Assembly: GCA_964394645.1 (NCBI GenBank)
Contig: CAYMYC010000004.1
Coordinates: 1,258-65,257 of the forward strand
DNA length: 64,000 bases
Origin: an uncultured Gammaproteobacteria bacterium
GTDB taxonomy: Bacteria > Patescibacteriota > Microgenomatia > Levybacterales > GWA1-39-11
Direction: 5' to 3'
Shown here: piece after piece, positions 1 through 8,854 of the stretch
How the letters are laid out: the number at the start of each line of letters is the position of its first letter
Numbering within the stretch: position 1 is the first letter of the stretch
Translations under genes and position numbers: made by a program
The notes under the pieces: generated by a model
Database searches by the model: none
What the model saw: the letters and a program-made list of their open reading frames with translations, nothing else
What the model was told of the DNA's origin: nothing

Positions 1-34
1 CAAAATCTGAAACTAGCAAAAAACGACCGGATCT

Positions 35-679
35 TTATTGACCCTCAGCTTGCGGTAACTCTTGTATCAGTTTATCTTCAGCAGCTGTAAATGGCACAAC
101 TACGTCAGACTGAAGCATATTTAAATCATATGGCTTATAGTAAAATATAACATCTACGTCTGCTAACCCTTGATTCATCCTAATTTTTACAATTTTTGAA
201 AGTGGTGTTTCATCTAGTAGCTCTTTAGCAAATGCCTGAACGCCATTTCTATCTAAACCCGCAAGAGACAAATTTACGGTAACAAATGGAACTCCAGCTG
301 CAGACACTTCTTCTGCTGCACCTTTTTTAAATACTCCTCCTACTTTTACCGTAAACCCATTAATTGAAACCTGAGCGTTTGAGGCACTTGCAGTTAAAGC
401 TAGATACATATTTTGCACACTCTTTGTGCTCGGAAGAGCATTTGTAGTCGTCATAAAATCACTTTCAACCTGACTTTCAGAAACTTGACCAACAGTGGCA
501 ACTGAAGTTTTATATGATGCTAACTTCTCTTGCTCAACACGTAAAGTACTCTGTGCTTCTATAACTGCGCCAATTTGCGGAATTGTTACCTGCAAAAGAA
601 TAAAAAGTGACCCAAGCAAAAATAAAGCTGCCAAAACCAACGACCTATGTCTGTTATAAAAAAATATAAAGTCTTCCAT
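35..679 (-). CDS. Type IV pilus alignment protein, PilO-like
   Basis: N-terminal TM, coiled coil, then ferredoxin-like alpha/beta pattern; third gene of a pilM-N-O run. Confidence 0.65.
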   Translation of the reverse strand: MEDFIFFYNRHRSLVLAALFLLGSLFILLQVTIPQIGAVIEAQSTLRVEQEKLASYKTSVATVGQVSESQVESDFMTTTNALPSTKSVQNMYLALTASASNAQVSINGFTVKVGGVFKKGAAEEVSAAGVPFVTVNLSLAGLDRNGVQAFAKELLDETPLSKIVKIRMNQGLADVDVIFYYKPYDLNMLQSDVVVPFTAAEDKLIQELPQAEGQ

Positions 680-1230
680 TAATTAATAGATGTGTTAAAT
701 GTAATTTTTATGTCTGAACTATAATTCGTGCCCTTTGAGTTTAATCCGAATGATTGAATTTCAATTTTTTTAACTTGTGAATCCTTTTTCTTTGGAAGCT
801 CGGAAAGGTCAGAGTTTAAAAAAGTATTTAATACAGAAAGGCTAATTGAAGAAATGGTAATATTCATAACTGTATCAATCATTTCTAATTTATCAATAGA
901 AATAGATGCAGGAATGCTTGAAAGTACAATATTTAAACGATCTTCTGGAATTGAATTACCCGGTACAATTTTTTTAATGGTAGCCAATCGTTCTTTAGTC
1001 GTTAGTATTTTTATTTTTTTGCCTTGTTCAGATTTTAATATTGATAATTCCTTATTTTGAGAATTAATAGTACTTGCTATGCTAGACTTGAGAAATAACA
1101 AATACAAAAGGATTAAAACGGTTATAAGTACAACAATAAGAAGCACTAGTATGCTTAGGTAAAAAAAGGATGCCTTCTTTTTTACTTGCAGCTTGTCTGT
1201 TTTAAGTAGATTTACTGTATCTTGTGCCAT
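679..1230 (-). CDS. Type IV pilus alignment protein, PilN-like
   Basis: 'VNLL' PilM-binding motif before a TM helix; directly downstream of pilM. Confidence 0.7.
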   Translation of the reverse strand: MAQDTVNLLKTDKLQVKKKASFFYLSILVLLIVVLITVLILLYLLFLKSSIASTINSQNKELSILKSEQGKKIKILTTKERLATIKKIVPGNSIPEDRLNIVLSSIPASISIDKLEMIDTVMNITISSISLSVLNTFLNSDLSELPKKKDSQVKKIEIQSFGLNSKGTNYSSDIKITFNTSIN

Positions 1231-1234
1231 ATGT

Positions 1235-2266
1235 CTATATTACTATATCCCGTAAAGCAAGTCCTACTACAACGTTATAACTGGGCGCTTCCTGCAACAC
1301 CTCTTCAGGAACATTCGAGATTCTATGAAGAACAAAAGTATTACCTACGGTTGTAGTTAAACCCAATGATTCTGTGAAAAATTGCTCAATCCCGGGCAAA
1401 AGAGCGGTCCCCCCTGAAAGTACAACCTTGTTTACAAGAGCATTTTTGTTTTTTTCTTTATAGGTAAGTATGGCGCGTTTTATATCAGCTATGATCGCGT
1501 CAAGTACCGGTCTAAGTGCTGAACCAATTTTCCCCTCAAGGGTATTAGTCAATCCATAGGTTTTCTTTAATTCTTCAGCTTGTGATGTGGCAATTCCTAA
1601 ATCAGAAGATATTGCACGAGTTATAGCAAGCCCCCCTAATCCAATAGTTGCGATAAAACGTAAAACACCACCTGCAGTAATGGTTATGTTTGTAGAAGAA
1701 GACCCTAGATGCACGACAAGACACGTCTCACTTGGTGTAAAAAGCGGGGATAAAGCTCTTTGCACAGAAATCATTTCAGTCTCAACGCTTGAAGGAACAA
1801 GCCCTGAAAGAGTAAGTATATTTTCATATTTTTCAAGAACTGAAGTAGAGGCAGCAATAATTAATACAGACATTGTCTTTTGACCATCCTTTATGAAATG
1901 GTCTAAAATTTGCCAGTCTGTCTTAACTTGGTTAAGTGGGAGAGGAATATATTGCTCCATTTCAAATGAAAGGGAAGCAGCCAACTCTTTTTCTGATAAT
2001 TCAGGTGTTTCTATTATTTTTGTATAAACCTGGCTTGCGGGAATGGAAACGTTCACGCTTTTTGTCTTTATCTGAGCAATCCCCAGCATTTCGTGAATAG
2101 AGGAGGCAATGGTTTGCTGATTTAACTGTGATTCTGAAAGAATACTTTTTGCGGTAAAAGGAGATACAGCTATTGCTTCGACTGAAAATTTATTTCCTTC
2201 ATTTTTTAAAGACACTGATTTTATTGACGTAGTGCCTATATCAAGACCGAACGATTTAACTTTCAT
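1235..2266 (-). CDS. pilM: Type IV pilus assembly protein PilM (actin-like fold)
   Basis: FGLDIGTTSIK, EQYIPLP, VLSGGTALLPG, VGLALR; start moved to ATG 2266 because the ORF-track extension overlaps the upstream gene. Confidence 0.92.
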   Translation of the reverse strand: MKVKSFGLDIGTTSIKSVSLKNEGNKFSVEAIAVSPFTAKSILSESQLNQQTIASSIHEMLGIAQIKTKSVNVSIPASQVYTKIIETPELSEKELAASLSFEMEQYIPLPLNQVKTDWQILDHFIKDGQKTMSVLIIAASTSVLEKYENILTLSGLVPSSVETEMISVQRALSPLFTPSETCLVVHLGSSSTNITITAGGVLRFIATIGLGGLAITRAISSDLGIATSQAEELKKTYGLTNTLEGKIGSALRPVLDAIIADIKRAILTYKEKNKNALVNKVVLSGGTALLPGIEQFFTESLGLTTTVGNTFVLHRISNVPEEVLQEAPSYNVVVGLALRDIVI

Positions 2267-2270
2267 ATAC

Positions 2271-3905
2271 TTATTGGGAGAGTATTGAATACTGCATTGC
2301 TTCAGTTGGAAGCTGCGGATAAGACTCAAAATATTGGATCTTACGCGTTGTCTCACCAGATGTCCCAACTGACTCAATGACTTTCCCTTGTGAAGGAAGA
2401 CTCACTCCTGAACTTCCAACAACGCCTATAACACTTGAGTTATATAAGGGAATAACTTTTAAAATAAGCGCGTTTGATAGTGGAATCGGATTTGTTTTAA
2501 AGTAAAGCGTTTTTCCATTTACATCTTGTCCATCATAGGTAGATGGCGTAGATGTAGGAGTAGGAGTTGGGGCAGCCGTTTCGCATGACAAACCATTTCC
2601 AGAGTTATATAACGTTTGTACTTCCCCCCCAGTAAGAGCGCGATTCCAAATACCTACTTCATCCAGCGCCCCAGTGTAGACTGCGTAATTTCCATATTCC
2701 CGTGCTCCAAATCTAAATGGGGCATTTACAGATGCTGTGTTACGACCACCTAAGCTATTAAAAGTTCCTGAGTTAGATTGTACTCCGTCTACATAGATTT
2801 TAACTAGCGGATCTGGGGCTACTGTACCATCATAAGTAACTGCAAAATGATGCCAATTTCCGTCTCTTACATTTGCTGTGCCACCGACAGTAATTTGATA
2901 GGGAATGTGATAGTCATTTACATTATAAAGAAGGAGTGTGCCATCAGGCTGAGTTGAAATTGACCAACCATTCCCGTTTCCTGCACCATGCATATCAGCC
3001 ACTAGAAACTGGAAGGAGCTTGCGGGAGATGCCTTTATCCATCCTGCAACACTATATTCTTGAGAAGTGGAAAAATCCAAACCCTTTGTACTTGCTTGAC
3101 CCATATTAACTGCTCCCGTGGTAGCATCTGAGGGGGAAGAGGCTGTATTTGTAAATTGAAGTGCATTCCCCAATTTCCCTACAATTCTTGTTACATTGTT
3201 TACTATTGTTCCATTTGCGACTCCACCCACACCTACTACATCAGTTACTGTTGCTCCACTTGATTCATTCGCTGACCAATAATGAGCAAGTCCTGTTGTG
3301 GGGCAGGCGATAGGAGTTGGAGTTGGATTCCCACCAGACGTACTTGTGCCCAGAGGTGTGGAAAAATTATTGCTTGATCTTCTGTTTCCGTATGTTCCTC
3401 CACAAGCATCATACGCGTATTTTGTAACCGTTGGATTTAACTTTGAACCAGATAATAAAACTATCTCAAGTGCTGGAACTGAATCTTTATCTGTTGCTGC
3501 ACAATTTGCCGCGTTTTTTGTCCCCCACAAAAGCGAAATACTACCTCCATTCATGGGAGAAGAAAAGTCCGGATAGTTAGAGAGCCATATATCTATACCC
3601 CTATCTTGCGGGATAGAATCTCCATTATTTAATAAAATGCTATTCCCTGAGGCAGCCGATATGTTGGTAGTAAAACTAGCATTTGTTAAATTTCCAATAC
3701 TTTGACCTGTCGTAATAGACTTTTCAATTCCTGCACTAGCTGCCTGGAATGCACGCTGAGAATCTTCATTTTGTTTTGAAACTTTTAAATTAGTAATAGT
3801 GCGTGAAGCCAATGTTAACGCTGCTGTAAGCGCCACAACCATGGTTATCACAACAATTAACAATACCTGACCGGAAGATCCATGAATTTTTCCCATCTCA
3901 TTCAT
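2271..3905 (-). CDS. PilX-like minor pilin carrying an internal LamG/concanavalin A-like domain
   Basis: SGQ-VLLIVVITMVV prepilin-like N-terminus; SQRAFQAASAGIE; LamG motifs LAHYW, WHHFAVTYDG, IYVDG, GALDEVGIWNRALT; start may be ATG 3896. Confidence 0.8.
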   Translation of the reverse strand: MNEMGKIHGSSGQVLLIVVITMVVALTAALTLASRTITNLKVSKQNEDSQRAFQAASAGIEKSITTGQSIGNLTNASFTTNISAASGNSILLNNGDSIPQDRGIDIWLSNYPDFSSPMNGGSISLLWGTKNAANCAATDKDSVPALEIVLLSGSKLNPTVTKYAYDACGGTYGNRRSSNNFSTPLGTSTSGGNPTPTPIACPTTGLAHYWSANESSGATVTDVVGVGGVANGTIVNNVTRIVGKLGNALQFTNTASSPSDATTGAVNMGQASTKGLDFSTSQEYSVAGWIKASPASSFQFLVADMHGAGNGNGWSISTQPDGTLLLYNVNDYHIPYQITVGGTANVRDGNWHHFAVTYDGTVAPDPLVKIYVDGVQSNSGTFNSLGGRNTASVNAPFRFGAREYGNYAVYTGALDEVGIWNRALTGGEVQTLYNSGNGLSCETAAPTPTPTSTPSTYDGQDVNGKTLYFKTNPIPLSNALILKVIPLYNSSVIGVVGSSGVSLPSQGKVIESVGTSGETTRKIQYFESYPQLPTEAMQYSILSQ

Positions 3906-3933
3906 GATAGACTTAAAGTCGCAAGGCTGTCAA
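3903..3933 (-). promoter_or_regulatory. Internal sigma70 promoter for pilX-pilMNO
   Basis: Minus strand TTGACA-18 nt-TATCAT, 7 nt before ATG 3896. Confidence 0.55.
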
Positions 3934-3941
3934 GTAAAAGC

Positions 3942-4544
3942 TTAGTAGCTTTGATTGCGCAAAGACACAGATGTATTAAATGAAGCAACCCCAGTCTTAT
4001 CTGACGCGGTTCCCGCGGAATTCACTAATTGAAATTTTACATCAATTCGAGGAGGAGAATATATATCCTGCTGAGTACAGGTAAATGAACAGGTTGCAGG
4101 AGAAAGCTTTACCCGAGATATATCAATTAATTGAGTAATTTTATAGGGAGTAGGAGTAGGTGGAAGAGCGCTAAAAATTGCGCTACTTGAACTAATCGTA
4201 AGCTCATTCTCATTACAGGTAAATGTAGTAGTCCCACCATCAAAACCTAGTACAGTAAGAGATTGTCCTGCGGGTGGTGTATTCACACAATCTGTAACTG
4301 GAGAAGAATTTGTGGGGGTAAAGGAAATGAGTTGCCGCGAGTTTGTGAGAACATTTGAAATTGTCGAAAGTGCATAATTTCCATTCTGTGCAATGTCGCT
4401 TGTTATTTTAGATTTGGAAGTTCCCCTGTACGTTGCATTTAATATCCCAACCACTACTGTCCCTGTCACTATGAGGAGCATCATGACGATAATTAATTCT
4501 ATAAGCGTATAGCCATTTGCAAATTTTTTATTATATTTTTTCAT
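3942..4544 (-). CDS. Minor pilin, PilW/GspJ-like
   Basis: G|YTLIE class III cleavage motif; C-terminal F-x-T-S-V-S-L-R-N; ATGA overlap with the upstream gene. Confidence 0.8.
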   Translation of the reverse strand: MKKYNKKFANGYTLIELIIVMMLLIVTGTVVVGILNATYRGTSKSKITSDIAQNGNYALSTISNVLTNSRQLISFTPTNSSPVTDCVNTPPAGQSLTVLGFDGGTTTFTCNENELTISSSSAIFSALPPTPTPYKITQLIDISRVKLSPATCSFTCTQQDIYSPPRIDVKFQLVNSAGTASDKTGVASFNTSVSLRNQSY

Positions 4545-5053
4545 ATACCCTGATAAGCTGTTGGAAATGTTGTAGGAAACTGCTTTGAAACATCCAGAAA
4601 GCATGATCTAACTGACTTTTTATTGCAGAATGCTGCTGTACATTTACTACTTGTCCAGGAAACAGCAACAGTAACGTATAAGCCGTTCTGAAACGTATTT
4701 CCCGATCCACAATTCCCCGATTCAAAAGTTACCTCACGTTTAAATTGCTCAAAAACATAGTCATTTGTGGTACACGCAGTATTTAGAAGATTATTTTGTT
4801 CATCTAAGCATTTTACATCAGTGTAAGTACGATAGGTCGCAATCATATTATTATTTGATATTTGATCACGTATATACTCTAGCCCTTGTTGCGCAAGCTT
4901 ATTTGCCTGATTTTGTTGTTTAACAAAGACTGAATTATTAACACTCGTTAATACTGCAACTGCCGTTGCACTAAGAATAATAACCAACAATGAAAGAGCA
5001 ATTATTGCCTCAACTAATGTTTGACCTGAATTTTTTTTGAATTTTATGTACAT
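4541..5053 (-). CDS. Minor pilin, PilV-like
   Basis: SG|QTLVEAIIAL; A-x-x-LAQQGLEYIR helix. Confidence 0.8.
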   Translation of the reverse strand: MYIKFKKNSGQTLVEAIIALSLLVIILSATAVAVLTSVNNSVFVKQQNQANKLAQQGLEYIRDQISNNNMIATYRTYTDVKCLDEQNNLLNTACTTNDYVFEQFKREVTFESGNCGSGNTFQNGLYVTVAVSWTSSKCTAAFCNKKSVRSCFLDVSKQFPTTFPTAYQGI

Positions 5054-5640
5054 GCTACTGTTCCTTCTTTTATATTCACATTCCCGCCATTATCTACACA
5101 GATAGTCTTACTCATAGAACTATCTGTTGTCGTTAAAACAATTCTACAGCTATCTGTATCGGAACCGTTTGCGATAATATAAAAGCGTAAAATTTTGTTT
5201 GATCCACACTCACCATTTGCAACACTCACAACTAAATTTGACGGTCGTTTTTTAGTATACACCGTATAAAAACCCGAATTTGTTGATGCAACGTAACACA
5301 CAGCATCAGTTTGATAAAGATTTGTGGGATCTGTACACAGATTTGTCTCACCTGAAGCATTTGCGCAAGTAATAAAGCGGTAACGATCAAGTGCGCCCGT
5401 ACAAGAAGTGGGCTTTACTCTGGAAGTTGCATTTGCCCGGGCTTGATCAATCCCATTTTTTATATCTACCGCGGCCTGATCAAATGCCTGTTTTTTACTA
5501 TATGAAATAAATGATGCAAAACCAATACCAGTTAGTAGTCCAATAACTGAAAAGACTACAAGAAGCTCTAAAAGAGTAAACCCATTATTATTTTTAAGAA
5601 TATGAAAGGACAGATACTTTTTCAAGGCAGTATTTAGCAC
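5044..5640 (-). CDS. Minor pilin, FimT/GspH-like
   Basis: G|FTLLELL motif; Cys-rich C-terminal domain. Confidence 0.8.
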   Translation of the reverse strand: MLNTALKKYLSFHILKNNNGFTLLELLVVFSVIGLLTGIGFASFISYSKKQAFDQAAVDIKNGIDQARANATSRVKPTSCTGALDRYRFITCANASGETNLCTDPTNLYQTDAVCYVASTNSGFYTVYTKKRPSNLVVSVANGECGSNKILRFYIIANGSDTDSCRIVLTTTDSSMSKTICVDNGGNVNIKEGTVACT

Positions 5641-6131
5641 TATGGATTACTTACGGCATAATAATATCCAGTTGCACATGTTATCGGGGGCCATGTAATT
5701 GATGTCGGCCACCAGGTCGGCTTTCCCCCAACAGTCCCTGCAGACGCATCTTTATCATTTATGTTTTCCATGCAAGAGACTAATACATAGGTAGACGCAG
5801 GAGAGCCCACAGAATAATAGTACGCTGCGCTCGTCTGTGGATCACAAGGAATGCTTGACATGTATTGCTGGGAACCACCTGCTCCTCCCATGTAAGGCTG
5901 CCCGCAGCTAGCAATAGGGGAAACCGGAGATGATGCAGGATAAGCATCATTATCAGTTCTATAAAATTCAAAAGCTGCCTGAATCTGCTTTATATCAGAT
6001 TTCCTCTGTACATCCCTCCCTCTTTTTCTAACGCTTCCAAATGAAACAGTGAGGAGTGCAGTTAATATTCCAATTATTGCAATAACGGTTAATAGCTCTA
6101 TAAGAGTAAAACCCTTGTTTTTATATTTCAT
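5640..6131 (-). CDS. Type IV pilin / GspG-like pseudopilin
   Basis: KG|FTLIELL; RDVQRKSDIKQIQAAFEFYRTDNDAYP; start at ATG 6131. Confidence 0.85.
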   Translation of the reverse strand: MKYKNKGFTLIELLTVIAIIGILTALLTVSFGSVRKRGRDVQRKSDIKQIQAAFEFYRTDNDAYPASSPVSPIASCGQPYMGGAGGSQQYMSSIPCDPQTSAAYYYSVGSPASTYVLVSCMENINDKDASAGTVGGKPTWWPTSITWPPITCATGYYYAVSNP

Positions 6132-6133
6132 AT

Positions 6134-6616
6134 TTAAGGCGAAATGTTGTTGCTTGTAATACCAAAATTGCATGGCTTATCTGCTCCGCACAGAAAAGGT
6201 GCTGGCACACCCTTACACTCACTAATTACACTACATGCTTCTTTCCATGCGCTTGGATTCTCTAGGGAAGCATATAGCCTATACGACTGGAAATTATTAT
6301 CTTTGTCTGCCCAATATACATATCTCCTGCTAATACCTACATCTTTTGGCAAAAATGCAAAATAGGGCATCCAAGGTGTCCCCCACGCATATACATCGTC
6401 ACGATCTGCAATGATATAATTTACCTGATCATAATGTGGGTAGTGACCGTAATCCCCAAAATATTTTTCAAGCGCCAAAGAAATCAATTTCAAATCTTTA
6501 ATTCTTTTTTCATCGTTTTTATTCTGAATTTCTTTGAATGGATTTATGATATACAAACTTACACCAATTACTATGCAAAAAGATAAAAATATTAAAAAAA
6601 TGCCAAACTTAGACAT
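6134..6616 (-). CDS. GspG-like pilin with atypical N-terminus
   Basis: NDEKRIKDLKLISLALEKYFGDYGHYP and YRLYASLEN pilin core; no FTLIE motif. Confidence 0.65.
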   Translation of the reverse strand: MSKFGIFLIFLSFCIVIGVSLYIINPFKEIQNKNDEKRIKDLKLISLALEKYFGDYGHYPHYDQVNYIIADRDDVYAWGTPWMPYFAFLPKDVGISRRYVYWADKDNNFQSYRLYASLENPSAWKEACSVISECKGVPAPFLCGADKPCNFGITSNNISP

Positions 6617-6619
6617 ACA

Positions 6620-7381
6620 TTAAACTCCAATCAGTGGCAGTAAAACCTGCAATATTTGATTCTCAAAGAGCAATGGAACTACAACCCCCAGGCTTAAAAA
6701 TGGTCCAAAGGGAATACTTCCCCCTTTAAGTTTTTTTTTGCCTATGATAATTAGTATTATGGAAATTGCTGCTCCTGTCAAGAATGTGGTATAAAAAGCA
6801 ATTACTAAACCTGCAGGTGAAAGTAAAAAACCAATTACTAGCGAGTATTTTACATCACCAAAACCTATACCTCTTCCAGATGTCACTAGAAAAATTCCCA
6901 AAAAAAAGATAAAAGCAACCACCGCGGATACAATATGCACTACAACATTCGGGGATCCACCTAAGACTAAAATGATTGAAAAAATCCCTAAAACCAAAAG
7001 CAGTTTATCTGAAATTATTCTATAATCAATATCTATTAAAGCAATTGCCACCGCAGTCAGACAAATAGCGCAAAACAGTGCGTATTGTATCCAGTTTATG
7101 AAGCTAAAAATAAATAGTAACACGAATAAAAGTCCAGATAAAACTTCTATAATAAACACGCGTGTAGGTATTTTCTTTCCGCATTTTCTACATTTACCTA
7201 AAAGCAAAAGGTAGGAAAGGATAGGGATCATATCATATGGCTTTAGTTTTTTTTTGCAGAAATCACAGTGGGAATGACCAAAAAATATACTTTCATTTCT
7301 TGGAATTCTGTCAGCAACTACATTTATAAAACTACCAAAACAACTTCCTACTATGAATAAAAGTAACCAGTATAATACCAC
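6620..7381 (-). CDS. pilD: Prepilin peptidase (A24)
   Basis: GSFINV, two CxxC, IDIDYRII, GIGFGDVK, IPFGPFL. Confidence 0.93.
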   Translation of the reverse strand: MVLYWLLLFIVGSCFGSFINVVADRIPRNESIFFGHSHCDFCKKKLKPYDMIPILSYLLLLGKCRKCGKKIPTRVFIIEVLSGLLFVLLFIFSFINWIQYALFCAICLTAVAIALIDIDYRIISDKLLLVLGIFSIILVLGGSPNVVVHIVSAVVAFIFFLGIFLVTSGRGIGFGDVKYSLVIGFLLSPAGLVIAFYTTFLTGAAISIILIIIGKKKLKGGSIPFGPFLSLGVVVPLLFENQILQVLLPLIGV

Positions 7382-7436
7382 ATATTAATAGTACAGGGTT
7401 TACTAGGAAGTAGCAAGAAGTAGGGATTTTACCCAC

Positions 7437-7460
7437 AAAAAAACTCCTTTCGGAGTTTTT
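7437..7460 (-). terminator. Intrinsic terminator after the major pilin gene
   Basis: Minus strand AAAAACTCC-GAAA-GGAGTTTTTTT. Confidence 0.85.
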
Positions 7461-7476
7461 ATTTAGTTTGTGTGTG

Positions 7477-7980
7477 TTATGGACATGTAGTAGTTGCTGT
7501 TATAGATGTTCCATTTGCCTTAAAGCAACCTTGACCGTTTGCGTATACATATATTTGTCCAGTTGTAGGTCCACCGTATTTTTTAGATTTTAGCGCAGTT
7601 ACCCAGAAAGCATAATTGTTGCAGTTTGCGCCTGCGGTCGTGCAAGAAGCAGTGGTAGCGTAACTAACTGTGTATCCCGTTGGAGGTGTATAAGATCCTA
7701 TTTTTGATTCTCCAGCAGTTTGCAAATCAGTAAGCGCTGCGTTAACTGTTGCTCCTCCTACATATGTGTTGTTATGTGTTGCAGCATAGGTATCATTAGC
7801 TTTTCCGAATTGAGCCAAAGATGTTACGACACCTGAATCATTTGCTGCATTAATTTTATCTAGTGGATCGATTGTTGTAATAAGAACTGCTGCAAGAACC
7901 CCTAAAATTGCAATAACAACTATAAGTTCTATAAGAGTAAAACCTTTTGAATTTTTTATTTGGGCAGGTAATAATTTCAT
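7477..7980 (-). CDS. Type IV pilin, probable major pilin
   Basis: KG|FTLIELIVVIAILGVL; followed by its own terminator. Confidence 0.85.
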   Translation of the reverse strand: MKLLPAQIKNSKGFTLIELIVVIAILGVLAAVLITTIDPLDKINAANDSGVVTSLAQFGKANDTYAATHNNTYVGGATVNAALTDLQTAGESKIGSYTPPTGYTVSYATTASCTTAGANCNNYAFWVTALKSKKYGGPTTGQIYVYANGQGCFKANGTSITATTTCP

Positions 7981-8170
7981 GTTAAAATTATCTAATCAAA
8001 AAAGATAATAGCTTGTCAATAAGCAATTTCTTACAGGATAAAACTTAAGTCTATATAATTTTTTTTAAGTCGTAAAATAAACAAATTTATGGCACTCGAA
8101 AATTATTAGAGGATAGATTATATTTAAAGAAACAAATATATTTGAAGCAGTATGACTGTCATGAGCTTCT

Positions 8171-8779
8171 TTAGAGAAGTGAAATCTCCAATGCCATTTT
8201 TTTATTCACATTATTTGTCTTTGTCAACTTATAGGAAGTATGCAACTTCCGCAACACAGGCAAAACTACTGGCGCCAAAGTCAAATCCTTTATAAGAAGA
8301 CTTCTCAGGACTAACAGCACAGATTCGATATCTTCAGTTTCTATAACAATTGGCAATAAACTTAAAACTTCAAAGGGATTAGAAGAGGTAACAACTACTT
8401 TTTGTATTTTATTGAAAAGCTCAATATCTACTTCTTTTTTCTCGTTATCTAAGTTCACAATTTGACACCTAGATAAAATGGTTGGCAGCAATTCGTCTTT
8501 TGTACCAGATACAAAAAATAAAATATTTTGTGCAGTTACATCTTCAACTGTTTTCAGAAGTGAATTCTGAGCTTCTAATGTTGGATTGGATATAATTATT
8601 ACCCTAATTTCACCTTCCTTCAATTTTAGAGAGATCGTATGCTGAAGTAGACGAACCTGTGAGATTTTACAGTTCTCAAGTCTTATAACATGGTAGGGTG
8701 GAACACTATGTGCTTTTATAAAAGAACTTATATATGCTTCTTGAAAATTTAAAGATCCAATAAGTGCGTAGGTATGCAT
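8171..8779 (-). CDS. DNA polymerase III delta-prime-like (reduced HolB)
   Basis: EAQNSLLKTVED and LLPTILSRCQ clamp-loader motifs. Confidence 0.65.
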   Translation of the reverse strand: MHTYALIGSLNFQEAYISSFIKAHSVPPYHVIRLENCKISQVRLLQHTISLKLKEGEIRVIIISNPTLEAQNSLLKTVEDVTAQNILFFVSGTKDELLPTILSRCQIVNLDNEKKEVDIELFNKIQKVVVTSSNPFEVLSLLPIVIETEDIESVLLVLRSLLIKDLTLAPVVLPVLRKLHTSYKLTKTNNVNKKMALEISLL

Positions 8780-8854
8780 ACTTCTTTATTGACATTATAA
8801 TAACGATTCTAATACTATTAAACAAGTGTCCCACGCGAATTGGGATATCATTTT

